From NCBI RefSeq assembly GCF_964355755.1, contig NC_092675.1, forward strand, positions 14,046,912-14,110,911: a stretch of 64,000 nt of DNA. Direction: 5' to 3'. This DNA comes from Antedon mediterranea (lineage: Eukaryota > Animalia > Echinodermata). Position numbers and translations under genes: made by a program. Under the pieces are notes generated by a model that made no database searches, was not told the origin of the DNA, and was given only the letters and a program-made list of their open reading frames with translations. Shown piece after piece: positions 52,201 through 64,000 of this stretch. Position 1 is the stretch's first letter. Every line of letters begins with the position of its first letter.

Positions 52201-55200
52201 ATTTTAGACCATTTTGAGCATTTCGATAACACTTTTCACACAAAAACATCAAAGAGCACAAAATAGCTTAATATCGTATTTAAAAACGTTTTAGACCATT
52301 TTGAGCATTTCGACAAAACTTTTTCACACAAAACACCAAAGTGCTTAGAATAGCTTCAAATCGCATTTGGAGACGTTTTAGACCATTTTGTGATTTTCGA
52401 AAAAACTTGTTAACATAAAAACATCAAAGTGTACAGAATAACTTCAAATCGCATTTGGAGACCGTTTTAGGCCAATTTGTGATTTTCGAAAAAACTTGTT
52501 AACCTAAGAATACCAAAGTGTTTAGAATAGCTTCAAATCGCATTTGGAGACGTTTTAGACCAATTTGTGATTTTCGAAAAAACTTATCAACATAAAAACA
52601 CCAAAGGGTTTAGAATAGCTTCAAATCGCATTTGGAGACGTTTTAGACCATTTTGTGATTTTCGAAAAAACTTGTTAACATAAAAACACCAAAGTGCTTC
52701 AAATCGCATTTGGAGACATTTTAGACCAATTTGTGATTTTTGAAAAAATTTGTTAACATAAAAACACCAAAGTGTTTACAATAGCTTCAAATCGTATTTG
52801 GAGACGTTTTAGACCATTTTGTGATTTTCGAAAGAACTTGTTAACATAAAAACACCAAAGTACTTAGAATAGCTTCAAATCGCATTTGGAGACGTTTTAG
52901 ACCATTTTATGCATTTCGATGAAACTTGGTTACACAAAAACATCAAAGTGCTTAAAATCACATTATAATCCGTTTTAGACCATTTTGAGCATTTCGATAA
53001 CACTTTTCACACAAAAACATCAAAGAGCACAAAATAGCTTAATATCGTATTTAAAAACGTTTTAGACCATTTTGAGCATTTCGACAAAACTTTTTCACAC
53101 AAAACACCAAAGTGCTTAGAATAGCTTCAAATCGCATTTGGAGACGTTTTAGACCATTTTGTGATTTTCGAAAAAAATTGTTAACATAAAAACATCAAAG
53201 TGTACAGAATAGCTTCAAATCGCATTTGGAGACCGTTTTAGGGCAATTTGTGATTTTCGAAAAAACTTGTTAACCTAAAAATACCAAAGTGTTTAGAATA
53301 GCTTCAAATCGCATTTGGAGACGTTTTAGACCATTTTGTGATTTTCGAAAAAACTTGTTAACATAAAAACACCAAAGTGCTTAGAATAGCTTCAAATCGC
53401 ATTTGGAGACATTTTAGACCAATTTGTGATTTTCGAAAAAACTTGTCAACATAAAAACACCAAAGTGTTTAGAATAGCTTCAAATCACATTTGGAGACGT
53501 TTTAGACCAATTTGTGATTTTCGAAAAAACTTATCAACATAAAAACACCAAAGGGTTTAGAATATCTTCAAATCGCATTTGGAGACGTTTTAGACAATTT
53601 TGTGATTTTCGAAAAAACTTGTTAACATAAAAACACCAAAGTGCTTAGAATAGCTTCAAATCGCATTTGGAGACGTTTTAGACCATTTTGTGATTTTCAA
53701 AAAAAATTGTTAACATAAAAACACCAAAGTGCATAGAATCACATTATAAACCGTTTTAGACCATTTAGAGCATTTCGATAACAATTTTCACACAAAAACA
53801 TCAATGAGCACAAAATAGCTTAATATCGTATTTAAAAATGTTTTAGACCATTTTGAGCATTTAGACAAAACTTTTTCACACAAAACACCAAAGTGCTTAG
53901 AATAGCTTCAAATCGCATTTGGAGACGTTTTAGACAATTTTGTGATTTTCGAAAAAAATTGTTAACATAAAAACACCAAAGTGCTTAGAATAGCTTCAAA
54001 TCGCATTTGGAGACGTTTTAGACCATTTTGTGATTTTCGAAAAAACTTGGTTACACAAAAACATAAAAGTGCTTAAAATCACATTATAAACCGTTTTAGA
54101 CCATTTTGAGCATTTCGATAACACTTTTCACACAAAAAACATCATAGAGCACAAAATAGCTTAATATCGTATTTAAAAACGTTTTAGACCATTTTGAGCA
54201 TTTCGACAAAACTTGTTAACATAAAAACACCAAAGTGCTTAGAATGGCTTCAATTGCATTTGGAGACGCTTTAGACCATTTTGTGATTTTCGAAAAAAAT
54301 TGTTAACATAAAAACACCAAAGTGCTTAAAATCACATTATAAATCGTTTTAGACCATTTTGAGCATTTCGATAACACTTTTCACACAAAAACATCAAAGA
54401 GCACAAGATAGCTTAATATCTTATTTAAAAACGTTTTAGACCATTTTGAGCATTTAGACAAAACTTTTTCACACAAAACACCAAAGTGCTTAGAATAGCT
54501 TCAAATCGCATTTGGAGACGTTTTAGACCATTTTGTGATTTTCAAAAAAACTTGTTAACATAAAAACACCAAAGTGCTTAGAATAGCTTCAAATCGTATT
54601 TGGAGACGTTTTAGACCATTTTGTGATTTTCGAAAAAACTTGTTAACATAAAAACACCAAAGTGCTTAGAATAGCTTCAAATCGCATTTGGAGACATTTT
54701 AGACCAATTTGTGATTTTCGAAAAAAACTTGTCAACATAAAAACACCAAAGTGTTTAGAATAGCTTCAAATCGCATTTGGAGACGTTTTAGACCAATTTG
54801 TGATTTTCGAAAAAAACTTATCAACATAAAAACACCAAAGGGTTTAGAATAGCTTCAAATCGCATTTTGAGACGTTTTAGACCATTTTGTGATTTTCGAA
54901 AAAACTTGTTAACATAAAAACACGAAAGTGCTTAGAATAGCTTCAAATCGCATTTGGAAACGTTTTATTCCATTTTGTGATTTTCGAAAAAAATTGTTAA
55001 CATAAAAACACCAAAGTGCTTAGAATCACATTATAAACCGTTTTAGACCATTTTGAGCATTTCGATAACAATTTTCACACAAAAACATCAAAGAGCACAA
55101 AATAGCTTAATATCGTATTTAAAAATGTTTTAGACCATTTTGAGCATTTAGAAAAAACTTTTTCACACAAAACACCAAAGTGCTTAGAATAGCTTCAAAT

Positions 55201-58200
55201 CGCATTTGGAGACGGTTTAGACCATTTTGTGATTTTGAAAAAACTTGTTAACATAAAAACACCAAAGTGCTTAGAATAGCTTCAAATCACATTTGGAGAC
55301 GTTTTAGACCATTTTGTGATTTTCGAAAAAACTTGTTTACATAAAAACACCAAAGTGCTTAGAATAGCTTCAAATCACATTTGGAGACGTTTTAGACCAT
55401 TTTGTGATTTTTGAAAAAACTTGTTAACATAAAAACACGAAAGTGCTTAGAATAGCTTCAAATCACATTTGGAGACGTTTTAGACCATTTTGTGATTTTC
55501 GAAAAAGATTGTTAACATAAAAACACCAAAGTGCTTAGAATCACATTATAAACCGTTTTAGACCATTTTGAGCATTTCAATAACAATTTTCACACAAAAA
55601 CATCAAAGAGCACAAAATAGCTTAATATCGTATTTAAAAATGTTTTAGACCATTTTGAGCATTTAGATAAAACTTTTTCACACAAAACACCAAAGTGCTT
55701 AGAATAGCTTCAAATCGCATTTGGAGACGGTTTAGACCATTTTGTGATTTTGAAAAAACTTGTTAACATAAAAACACCAAAGTGCTTAGAATAGCTTCAA
55801 ATCGCATTTGGAGACGTTTTAGACCATTTTGTGATTTTCGAAAAAACTTGTTAACATAAAAGCATCAAAGTGCTTAGAATAGCTTCAAATCACATTTGGA
55901 GTTGTTTTAGACCATTTTGTGATTTTTGAAAAAACTTGTTAACATAAAAACACCAAAGTGCTTAGAATAGCTTCAAATTGCATTTGGAGACGTTTTAGAC
56001 CATTTTGTGATTTTCGAAAAAACTTGTTAACATAAAAACACCAAAGTGCTTAGAATAGCTTAAAATCGTATTTGGAGACGTTTTAGACCATTTTGAGATT
56101 TTCGAAAAAACTTGGTTACACAAAAACATCAAAGTGCTTAAAATCACATTATAAACCGTTTTAGACCATTTTCAGCATTTCGATAACACTTTTCACACAA
56201 AAACATCAAAGAGCACAAAATAGCTTAATATCGTATTTAAAAACGTTTTAGACCATTTTGAGCATTTCGACAAAACTTTTTCACACAAAACACCAAAGTG
56301 CTTAGAATAGCTTCAAATCGCATTTGGAGACGTTTTAGACCAATTTGTGCATTTCGATGAAACTTGATTACACAAAAACATCAAAGTGCTTAAAATCACA
56401 TTATAAACCGTTTTAGACCATTTTGAGCATTTCGATAACACTTTTCACACAAAAACATCAAAGAGCACAAAATAGCTTAATATCGTATTTAAAAACGTTT
56501 TAGACCATTTTGAGCATTTAGACAAAACTTTTTCACACAAAACTCCAAAGTGCTTAGAATAGCTTCAAATCGCATTTGGAGACGTTTTAGAACATTTTGT
56601 GTTTTTCGAAAAAACCTGTTAACATAAAAACACCAAAGTGCTTAGAATAGCTTCAAATCGCATTTGGAGACTATTTAGACCATTTTGTGATTTTTGAAAA
56701 AACTTGTTAACATAAAAACACGAAAGTGCTTAGAATAGCTTCAAATCGCATTTGGAAACGTTTTAGACCATTTTGTGATTTTCGAAAAAGATTGTTAACA
56801 TAAAAACACCAATGTGCTTAGAATCACATTATACACCGTTTTAGACCATTTTGAGCATTTCGATAACAATTTTCACACAAAAACATCAAAGGGCACAAAA
56901 TAGCTTAATATCGTATTTAAAAATGTTTTAGACCATTTTGAGCATTTAGATAAAACTTTTTCACACAAAACACCAAAGTGCTTAGAATAGCTTCAAATCG
57001 CATTTGGAGACGGTTTAGAACATTTTGTGATTTTGAAAAAACTTGTTAACATAAAAACACCAAAGTCCTTAGAATAGCTTCAAATCGCATTTGGAGACGT
57101 TTTAGACCATTTTGTGATTTTCGAAAAAACTTGTTAACATAAAAACACCAAAGTGCTTAGAATAGCTTCAAATCGTATTTGGAGACGTTTTAGACCATTT
57201 TGAGATTTTCGAAAAAACTTGGTTACACAAAAACATCAAAGTGTTTAAAATCACATTATAAACCGTTTTAGACCATTTTGAGCATTTCGATAACACTTTT
57301 CACACAAAAACATCAAAGAGCACAAAATAGCTTAATATCGTATTTAAAAACGTTTTAGACCATTTTGAGCATTTCGACAAAACTTTTTCACACAAAACAC
57401 CAAAGTGCTTAGAATAGCTTCAAATCGCATTTGGAGACGTTTTAGACCAATTTGTGCATTTCGATGAAACTTGATTACACAAAAACATCAAAGTACTTAA
57501 AATCACATTATAAACCGTTTTAGACCATTTTGAGCATTTCGACAAAACTTTTTCACACAAAACACCAAAGTGCTTAGAATAGCTTCAAATCGCATTTGGA
57601 GACGTTTTAGACCAATTTGTGCATTTCGATGAAACTTGGTTACACAAAAACATCAAAGTGCTTAAAATCACATTATAAACCATTTTAGACCATTTTGAGC
57701 ATTTCGATAACACTTTTCACACAAAAACATCAAAGAGCACAAAATAGCTTAATATCGTATTTAAAAACGTTTTAGACCATTTTGAGCATTTCGACAAAAC
57801 TTTTTCACACAAAACACCAAAGTGCTTAGAATAGCTTCAAATCGCATTTGGAGACGTTTTAGACCATTTTGTGATTTTCTAAAAAACTTGTAAACATAAA
57901 AACACCAAAGTGCTTAGAATAGCTTCAAATCACATTTGGAGACGTTTTAGACCATTTTGTGATTTTCGAAAAAACTTGTTAACATAAAAACACGAAAGTG
58001 CTTAGAATAGCTTCAAATCGCATTTGGAAACGTTTTAGACCATTTTGTGATTTTCGAAAAAACTTGTTAACATAAAAACACGAAAGTGCTTAGAATAGCT
58101 TCAAATCGCATTTGGAAACGTTTTAGACCATTTTGTGATTTTCGAAAAAAATTGTTAACATAAAAACACCAAAGTGCTTAGAATCACATTATAAACCGTT

Positions 58201-61200
58201 TTAGACCATTTTGAGCATTTCGATAACAATTTTCACACAAAAACATCAAAGAGCACAAAATAGCTTAATATCGTATTTAAAAATGTTTTAGACCATTTTG
58301 AGCATTTAGATAAAACTTTTTCACACAAAACACCAAAGTGCTTAGAATAGCTTCAAATCGCATTTGGAGACGTTTTAGACCATTTTGTGATTTTTGAAAA
58401 AACTTGTAAACATAAAAACACCAAAGTGCTTAGAATAGCTTCAAATCACATTTGGAGACGTTTTAGACCATTTTGTGATTTTCGAAAAAACTTGTTAACA
58501 TAAAAACACGAAAGTGTTTAGAATAGCTTCAAATCGCATTTGGAGACGTTTTAGACCAATTTGTGATTTTCGAAAAAAACTTATCAACATAAAAACACCA
58601 AAGGGTTTAGAATAGCTTCAAATCGCATTTTGAGACGTTTTAGACCATTTTGTGATTTTCGAAAAAACTTGTTAACATAAAAACACGAAAGTGCTTAGAA
58701 TAGCTTCAAATCGCATTTGGAAACGTTTTATTCCATTTTGTGATTTTCGAAAAAAATTGTTAACATAAAAACACCAAAGTGCTTAGAATCACATTATAAA
58801 CCGTTTTAGACCATTTTGAGCATTTCGATAACAATTTTCACACAAAAACATCAAAGAGCACAAAATAGCTTAATATCGTATTTAAAAATGTTTTAGACCA
58901 TTTTGAGCATTTAGAAAAAACTTTTTCACACAAAACACCAAAGTGCTTAGAATAGCTTCAAATCGCATTTGGAGACGGTTTAGACCATTTTGTGATTTTG
59001 AAAAAACTTGTTAACATAAAAACACCAAAGTGCTTAGAACAGCTTCAAATCACATTTGGAGACGTTTTAGACCATTTTGTGATTTTTGAAAAAACTTGTT
59101 TACATAAAAACACCAAAGTGCTTAGAATAGCTTCAAATCACATTTGGAGACGTTTTAGACCATTTTGTGATTTTTGAAAAAACTTGTTAACATAAAAACA
59201 CGAAAGTGCTTAGAATAGCTTCAAATCACATTTGGAGACGTTTTAGACCATTTTGTGATTTTCGAAAAAGATTGTTAACATAAAAACACCAAAGTGCTTA
59301 GAATCACATTATAAACCGTTTTAGACCATTTTGAGCATTTCAATAACAATTTTCACACAAAAACATCAAAGAGCACAAAATAGCTTAATATCGTATTTAA
59401 AAATGTTTTAGACCATTTTGAGCATTTAGATAAAACTTTTTCACACAAAACACCAAAGTGCTTAGAATAGCTTCAAATCGCATTTGGAGACGGTTTAGAC
59501 CATTTTGTGATTTTGAAAAAACTTGTTAACATAAAAACACCAAAGTGCTTAGAATAGCTTCAAATCGCATTTGGAGACGTTTTAGACCATTTTGTGATTT
59601 TCGAAAAAACTTGTTAACATAAAAGCATCAAAGTGCTTAGAATAGCTTCAAATCACATTTGGAGTTGTTTTAGACCATTTTGTGATTTTTGAAAAAACTT
59701 GTTAACATAAAAACACCAAAGTGCTTAGAATAGCTTCAAATTGCATTTGGAGACGTTTTAGACCATTTTGTGATTTTCGAAAAAACTTGTTAACATAAAA
59801 ACACCAAAGTGCTTAGAATAGCTTAAAATCGTATTTGGAGACGTTTTAGACCATTTTGAGATTTTCGAAAAAACTTGGTTACACAAAAACATCAAAGTGC
59901 TTAAAATCACATTATAAACCGTTTTAGACCATTTTCAGCATTTCGATAACACTTTTCACACAAAAACATCAAAGAGCACAAAATAGCTTAATATCGTATT
60001 TAAAAACGTTTTAGACCATTTTGAGCATTTCGACAAAACTTTTTCACACAAAACACCAAAGTGCTTAGAATAGCTTCAAATCGCATTTGGAGACGTTTTA
60101 GACCAATTTGTGCATTTCGATGAAACTTGATTACACAAAAACATCAAAGTGCTTAAAATCACATTATAAACCGTTTTAGACCATTTTGAGCATTTCGATA
60201 ACACTTTTCACACAAAAACATCAAAGAGCACAAAATAGCTTAATATCGTATTTAAAAACGTTTTAGACCATTTTGAGCATTTAGACAAAACTTTTTCACA
60301 CAAAACTCCAAAGTGCTTAGAATAGCTTCAAATCGCATTTGGAGACGTTTTAGAACATTTTGTGTTTTTCGAAAAAACCTGTTAACATAAAAACACCAAA
60401 GTGCTTAGAATAGCTTCAAATCGCATTTGGAGACTATTTAGACCATTTTGTGATTTTTGAAAAAACTTGTTAACATAAAAACACGAAAGTGCTTAGAATA
60501 GCTTCAAATCGCATTTGGAAACGTTTTAGACCATTTTGTGATTTTCGAAAAAGATTGTTAACATAAAAACACCAATGTGCTTAGAATCACATTATACACC
60601 GTTTTAGACCATTTTGAGCATTTCGATAACAATTTTCACACAAAAACATCAAAGGGCACAAAATAGCTTAATATCGTATTTAAAATGTTTTAGACCATTT
60701 TGAGCATTTAGATAAAACTTTTTCACACAAAACACCAAAGTGCTTAGAATAGCTTCAAATCGCATTTGGAGACGGTTTAGAATATTTTGTGATTTTGAAA
60801 AAACTTGTTAACATAAAAACACCAAAGTGATTAGAATAGCTTCAAATCGCATTTGGAGACGTTTTAGACCATTTTGTGATTTTCGAAAAAACTTGTTAAC
60901 ATAAAAACACCAAAGTGCTTAGAATAGCTTCAAATCGTATTTGGAGACGTTTTAGACCATTTTGAGATTTTCGAAAAAACTTGGTTACACAAAAACATCA
61001 AAGTGCTTAAAATCACATTATAAACCGTTTTAGACCATTTTGAGCATTTCGATAACACTTTTCACACAAAAACATCAAAGAGCACAAAATAGCTTAATAT
61101 CGTATTTAAAAACGTTTTAGACCATTTTGAGCATTTCGACAAAACTTTTTCACACAAAACACCAAAGTGCTTAGAATAGCTTCAAATCGCATTTGGAGAC

Positions 61201-64000
61201 GTTTTAGACCAATTTGTGCATTTCGATGAAACTTGATTACACAAAAACATCAAAGTACTTAAAATCACATTATAAACCGTTTTAGACCATTTTGAGCATT
61301 TCGATAACACTTTTCACACAAAAACATCAAAGAGCACAAAATAGCTTAATATCGTATTTAAAAACGTTTTAGACCATTTTGAGCATTTAGACAAAACTTT
61401 TTCACACAAAACACCAAAGTGCTTAGAATAGCTTCAAATCGCATTTGGAGACGTTTTAGACCATTTTGTGCATTTCGATGAAACTTGGTTACACAAAAAC
61501 ATCAAAGTGCTTAAAATCACATTATAAATCGTTTTAGACCATTTTGAGCATTTCGACAAAACTTTTTCACACAAAATACAAAAGTGCTTAGAATAGCTTC
61601 AAATCGCATTTGGAGACGTTTTAGACCATTTTGTGATTTTCGAAAAAACTTTTTAACATAAAAACACCAAAGTGCTTAGAATAGCTTCAAATCGTATTTT
61701 AGACCATTTTGAGATTTTCGAAAAAACTTGGTTACACAAAAATATCAAAGTGCTTAAAATCACATTATAAACCGTTTTAGACCATTTTGAGCATTTCGAT
61801 AACACTTTTCACACAAAAACATCAAAGAGCACAAAATAGCTTAATATCGTATTTAAAAACGTTTTAGACCATTTTGAGCATTTCGACAAAACTTTTTCAC
61901 ACAAAACACCAAAGTGCTTAGAATAGCTTCAAATCGCATTTGGAGACGTTTTAGACCAATTTGTGCATTTCGATGAAACTTGATTACACACAAAAACATC
62001 AAAGTGCTTAAAATCACATTATAAACCGTTTTAGACCATTTTGAGCATTTCGATAACACTTTTCACACAAAAACATCAAAGAGCACAAAATAGCTTAATA
62101 TCGTATTTAAAAACGTTTTAGACCATTTTGAGCATTTAGACAAAACTTTTTCACACAAAACACCAAAGTCCTTAGAATAGCTTCAAATCGCATTTGGAGA
62201 CGTTTTAGACCATTTTGTGATTTTCAAAAAAACTTGTTAACATAAAAACACCAAAGTGCTTAGAATAGCTTCAAATCGTATTTGGAGACGTTTTAGACCA
62301 TTTTGTGATTTTCGAAAAAACTTGTTAACATAAAAACACCAAAGTGCTTAGAATAGCTTCAAATCGCATTTGGAGACATTTTAGACCAATTTGTGATTTT
62401 CGAAAAAAACTTGTCAACATAAAAACACCAAAGTGTTTAGAATAGCTTCAAATCGCATTTGGAGACGTTTTAGACCTATTTGTGATTTTCGAAAAAACTT
62501 ATCAACATAAAAACACCAAAGGGTTTAGAATAGCTTCAAATCGCATTTGGAGACGTTTTAGACCATTTTGTGATTTTTGAAAAAAATTGTTAACATAAAA
62601 ACACCAAAGTGCTTAGAATAGCTTCAAATCACATTTGGAGACGTTTTAGACCATTTTGTGATATTCGAAAAAACTTGTTAACATAAAAACACGAAAGTGC
62701 TTAGAATAGCTTCAAATCGCATTTGGAAACGTTTTAGACCATTTTGTGATTTTCGAAAAAACTTGTTAACATAAAAACACCAAAGTGCTTAGAATAGCTT
62801 CAAATCGCATTTGGAAACGTTTTAGACCATTTTGTTATTTTCGAAAAAAATTGTTAACATAAAAACACCAAAGTGCTTAGAATCACATTATAAACCGTTT
62901 TAGACCATTTTGATTATTTCGATAACAATTTTCACACAAAAACATCAAAGAGCACAAAATAGCTTAATATCGTATTTAAAAATGTTTTAGACCATTTGGA
63001 GCATTTAGATAAAACTTTTTCACACAAAACACCAAAGTGCTTAGAATAGCTTCAAATCGCATTTGGAGACGTTTTAGACCATTTTGTGATTTTTGAAAAA
63101 ACTTGTTAACATAAAAACACCAAAGTGCTTAGAATAGCTTCAAATCACATTTGGAGACGTTTTAGACCATTTTGTGATTTTCGAAAAAACTTGTTAACAT
63201 AAAAACACGAAAGTGCTTAGAATAGCTTCAAATCGCATTTGGAAACGTTTTAGACCATTTTGTGATTTTCGAAAAAACTTGTTAACATAAAAACACGAAA
63301 GTGCTTAGAATAGCTTCAAATCGCATTTGGAATCGTTTTAGACCATTTTGTGATTTTCGAAAAAACTTATCAACATAAAAACACCAAAGGGTTTAGAATA
63401 GCTTCAAATCGCATTTGGAGACGTTTTAGACCATTTTGTGATTTTCGAAAAAACTTGTTAACATAAAAACACGAAAGTGCTTAGAATATCTTCAAATCGC
63501 ATTTGGAAACGTTTTAGACCATTTTGTGATTTTCGAAAAAAACTTGTTAACATAAAAACACCAAAGTGCTTCAAATCGCATTTGGAGACATTTTAGACCA
63601 ATTTGTGATTTTTGAAAAAACTTGTTAACATAAAAACACCAAAGTGCTTACAATAGCTTCAAATCGTATTTGGAGACGTTTTAGACCATTTTGTGATTTT
63701 CGAAAAAACTTGTTAACATAAAAACACGAAAGTGCTTAGAATATCTTCAAATCGCATTTGGAAACGTTTTAGACCATTTTGTGATTTTCGAAAAAAACTG
63801 GTTAACATAAAAACACCAAAGTGCTTCAAATCGCATTTGGAGACATTTTAGACCAATTTGTGATTTTTGAAAAAACTTGTTAACATAAAAACACCAAAGT
63901 GCTTACAATAGCTTCAAATCGTATTTGGAGACGTTTTAGACCATTTTGTGATTTTCGAAAAAACTTGTTAACATAAAAACACGAAAGTACTTAGAATAGC
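49235..64000. repeat. Tandem satellite DNA array, block 4
   Basis: Same monomer family, continuing to the window end. Confidence 0.98.

Noticed and set aside
55862-59625. Satellite duplication offset (3763 bp) equals the Chapaev-like element length (3763 bp)
   Set aside because: The two are 40 kb apart with no sequence link or plausible mechanism; treated as coincidence.
1-64000. CRISPR array or prokaryotic repeat locus
   Set aside because: There are no unique spacers, the whole unit repeats, and no cas genes are present. Spliceosomal-type introns and an LTR element indicate a eukaryote.

Overview
Eukaryotic (animal-like, AT-rich) heterochromatic window, with no intact host gene and no prokaryotic features. 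About 52 kb is one head-to-tail satellite array built from related ~88, 77 and 87 bp monomers with ~10-11 bp internal phasing and mosaic multi-kb higher-order duplications; it is plausibly (peri)centromeric. The array is interrupted by four cleanly bounded, non-autonomous mobile elements. (1) 12750-16512 is a CAC...GTG DNA transposon with a 4-bp CAAA TSD (Chapaev-like). It carries decayed, intron-split exons of a RAG1/Transib-fold transposase, and its two ends are bipartite with 22 vs 12 bp spacers, reminiscent of V(D)J 12/23 signals. (2) 25571-28109 is a minus-strand Gypsy-type LTR element with two apparently identical 1087-bp LTRs, a tRNA-Leu PBS, a PPT, an ATAA TSD and only 365 bp of internal sequence. 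(3, 4) 43085-45388 and 46318-49234 are two copies of a TTAA-targeting Kolobok-like element at the same satellite site. They were duplicated together with the satellite and differ by a 613-bp indel. All analysis was by eye; family assignments rest on terminal/TSD signatures and recalled protein motifs, not on database searches.
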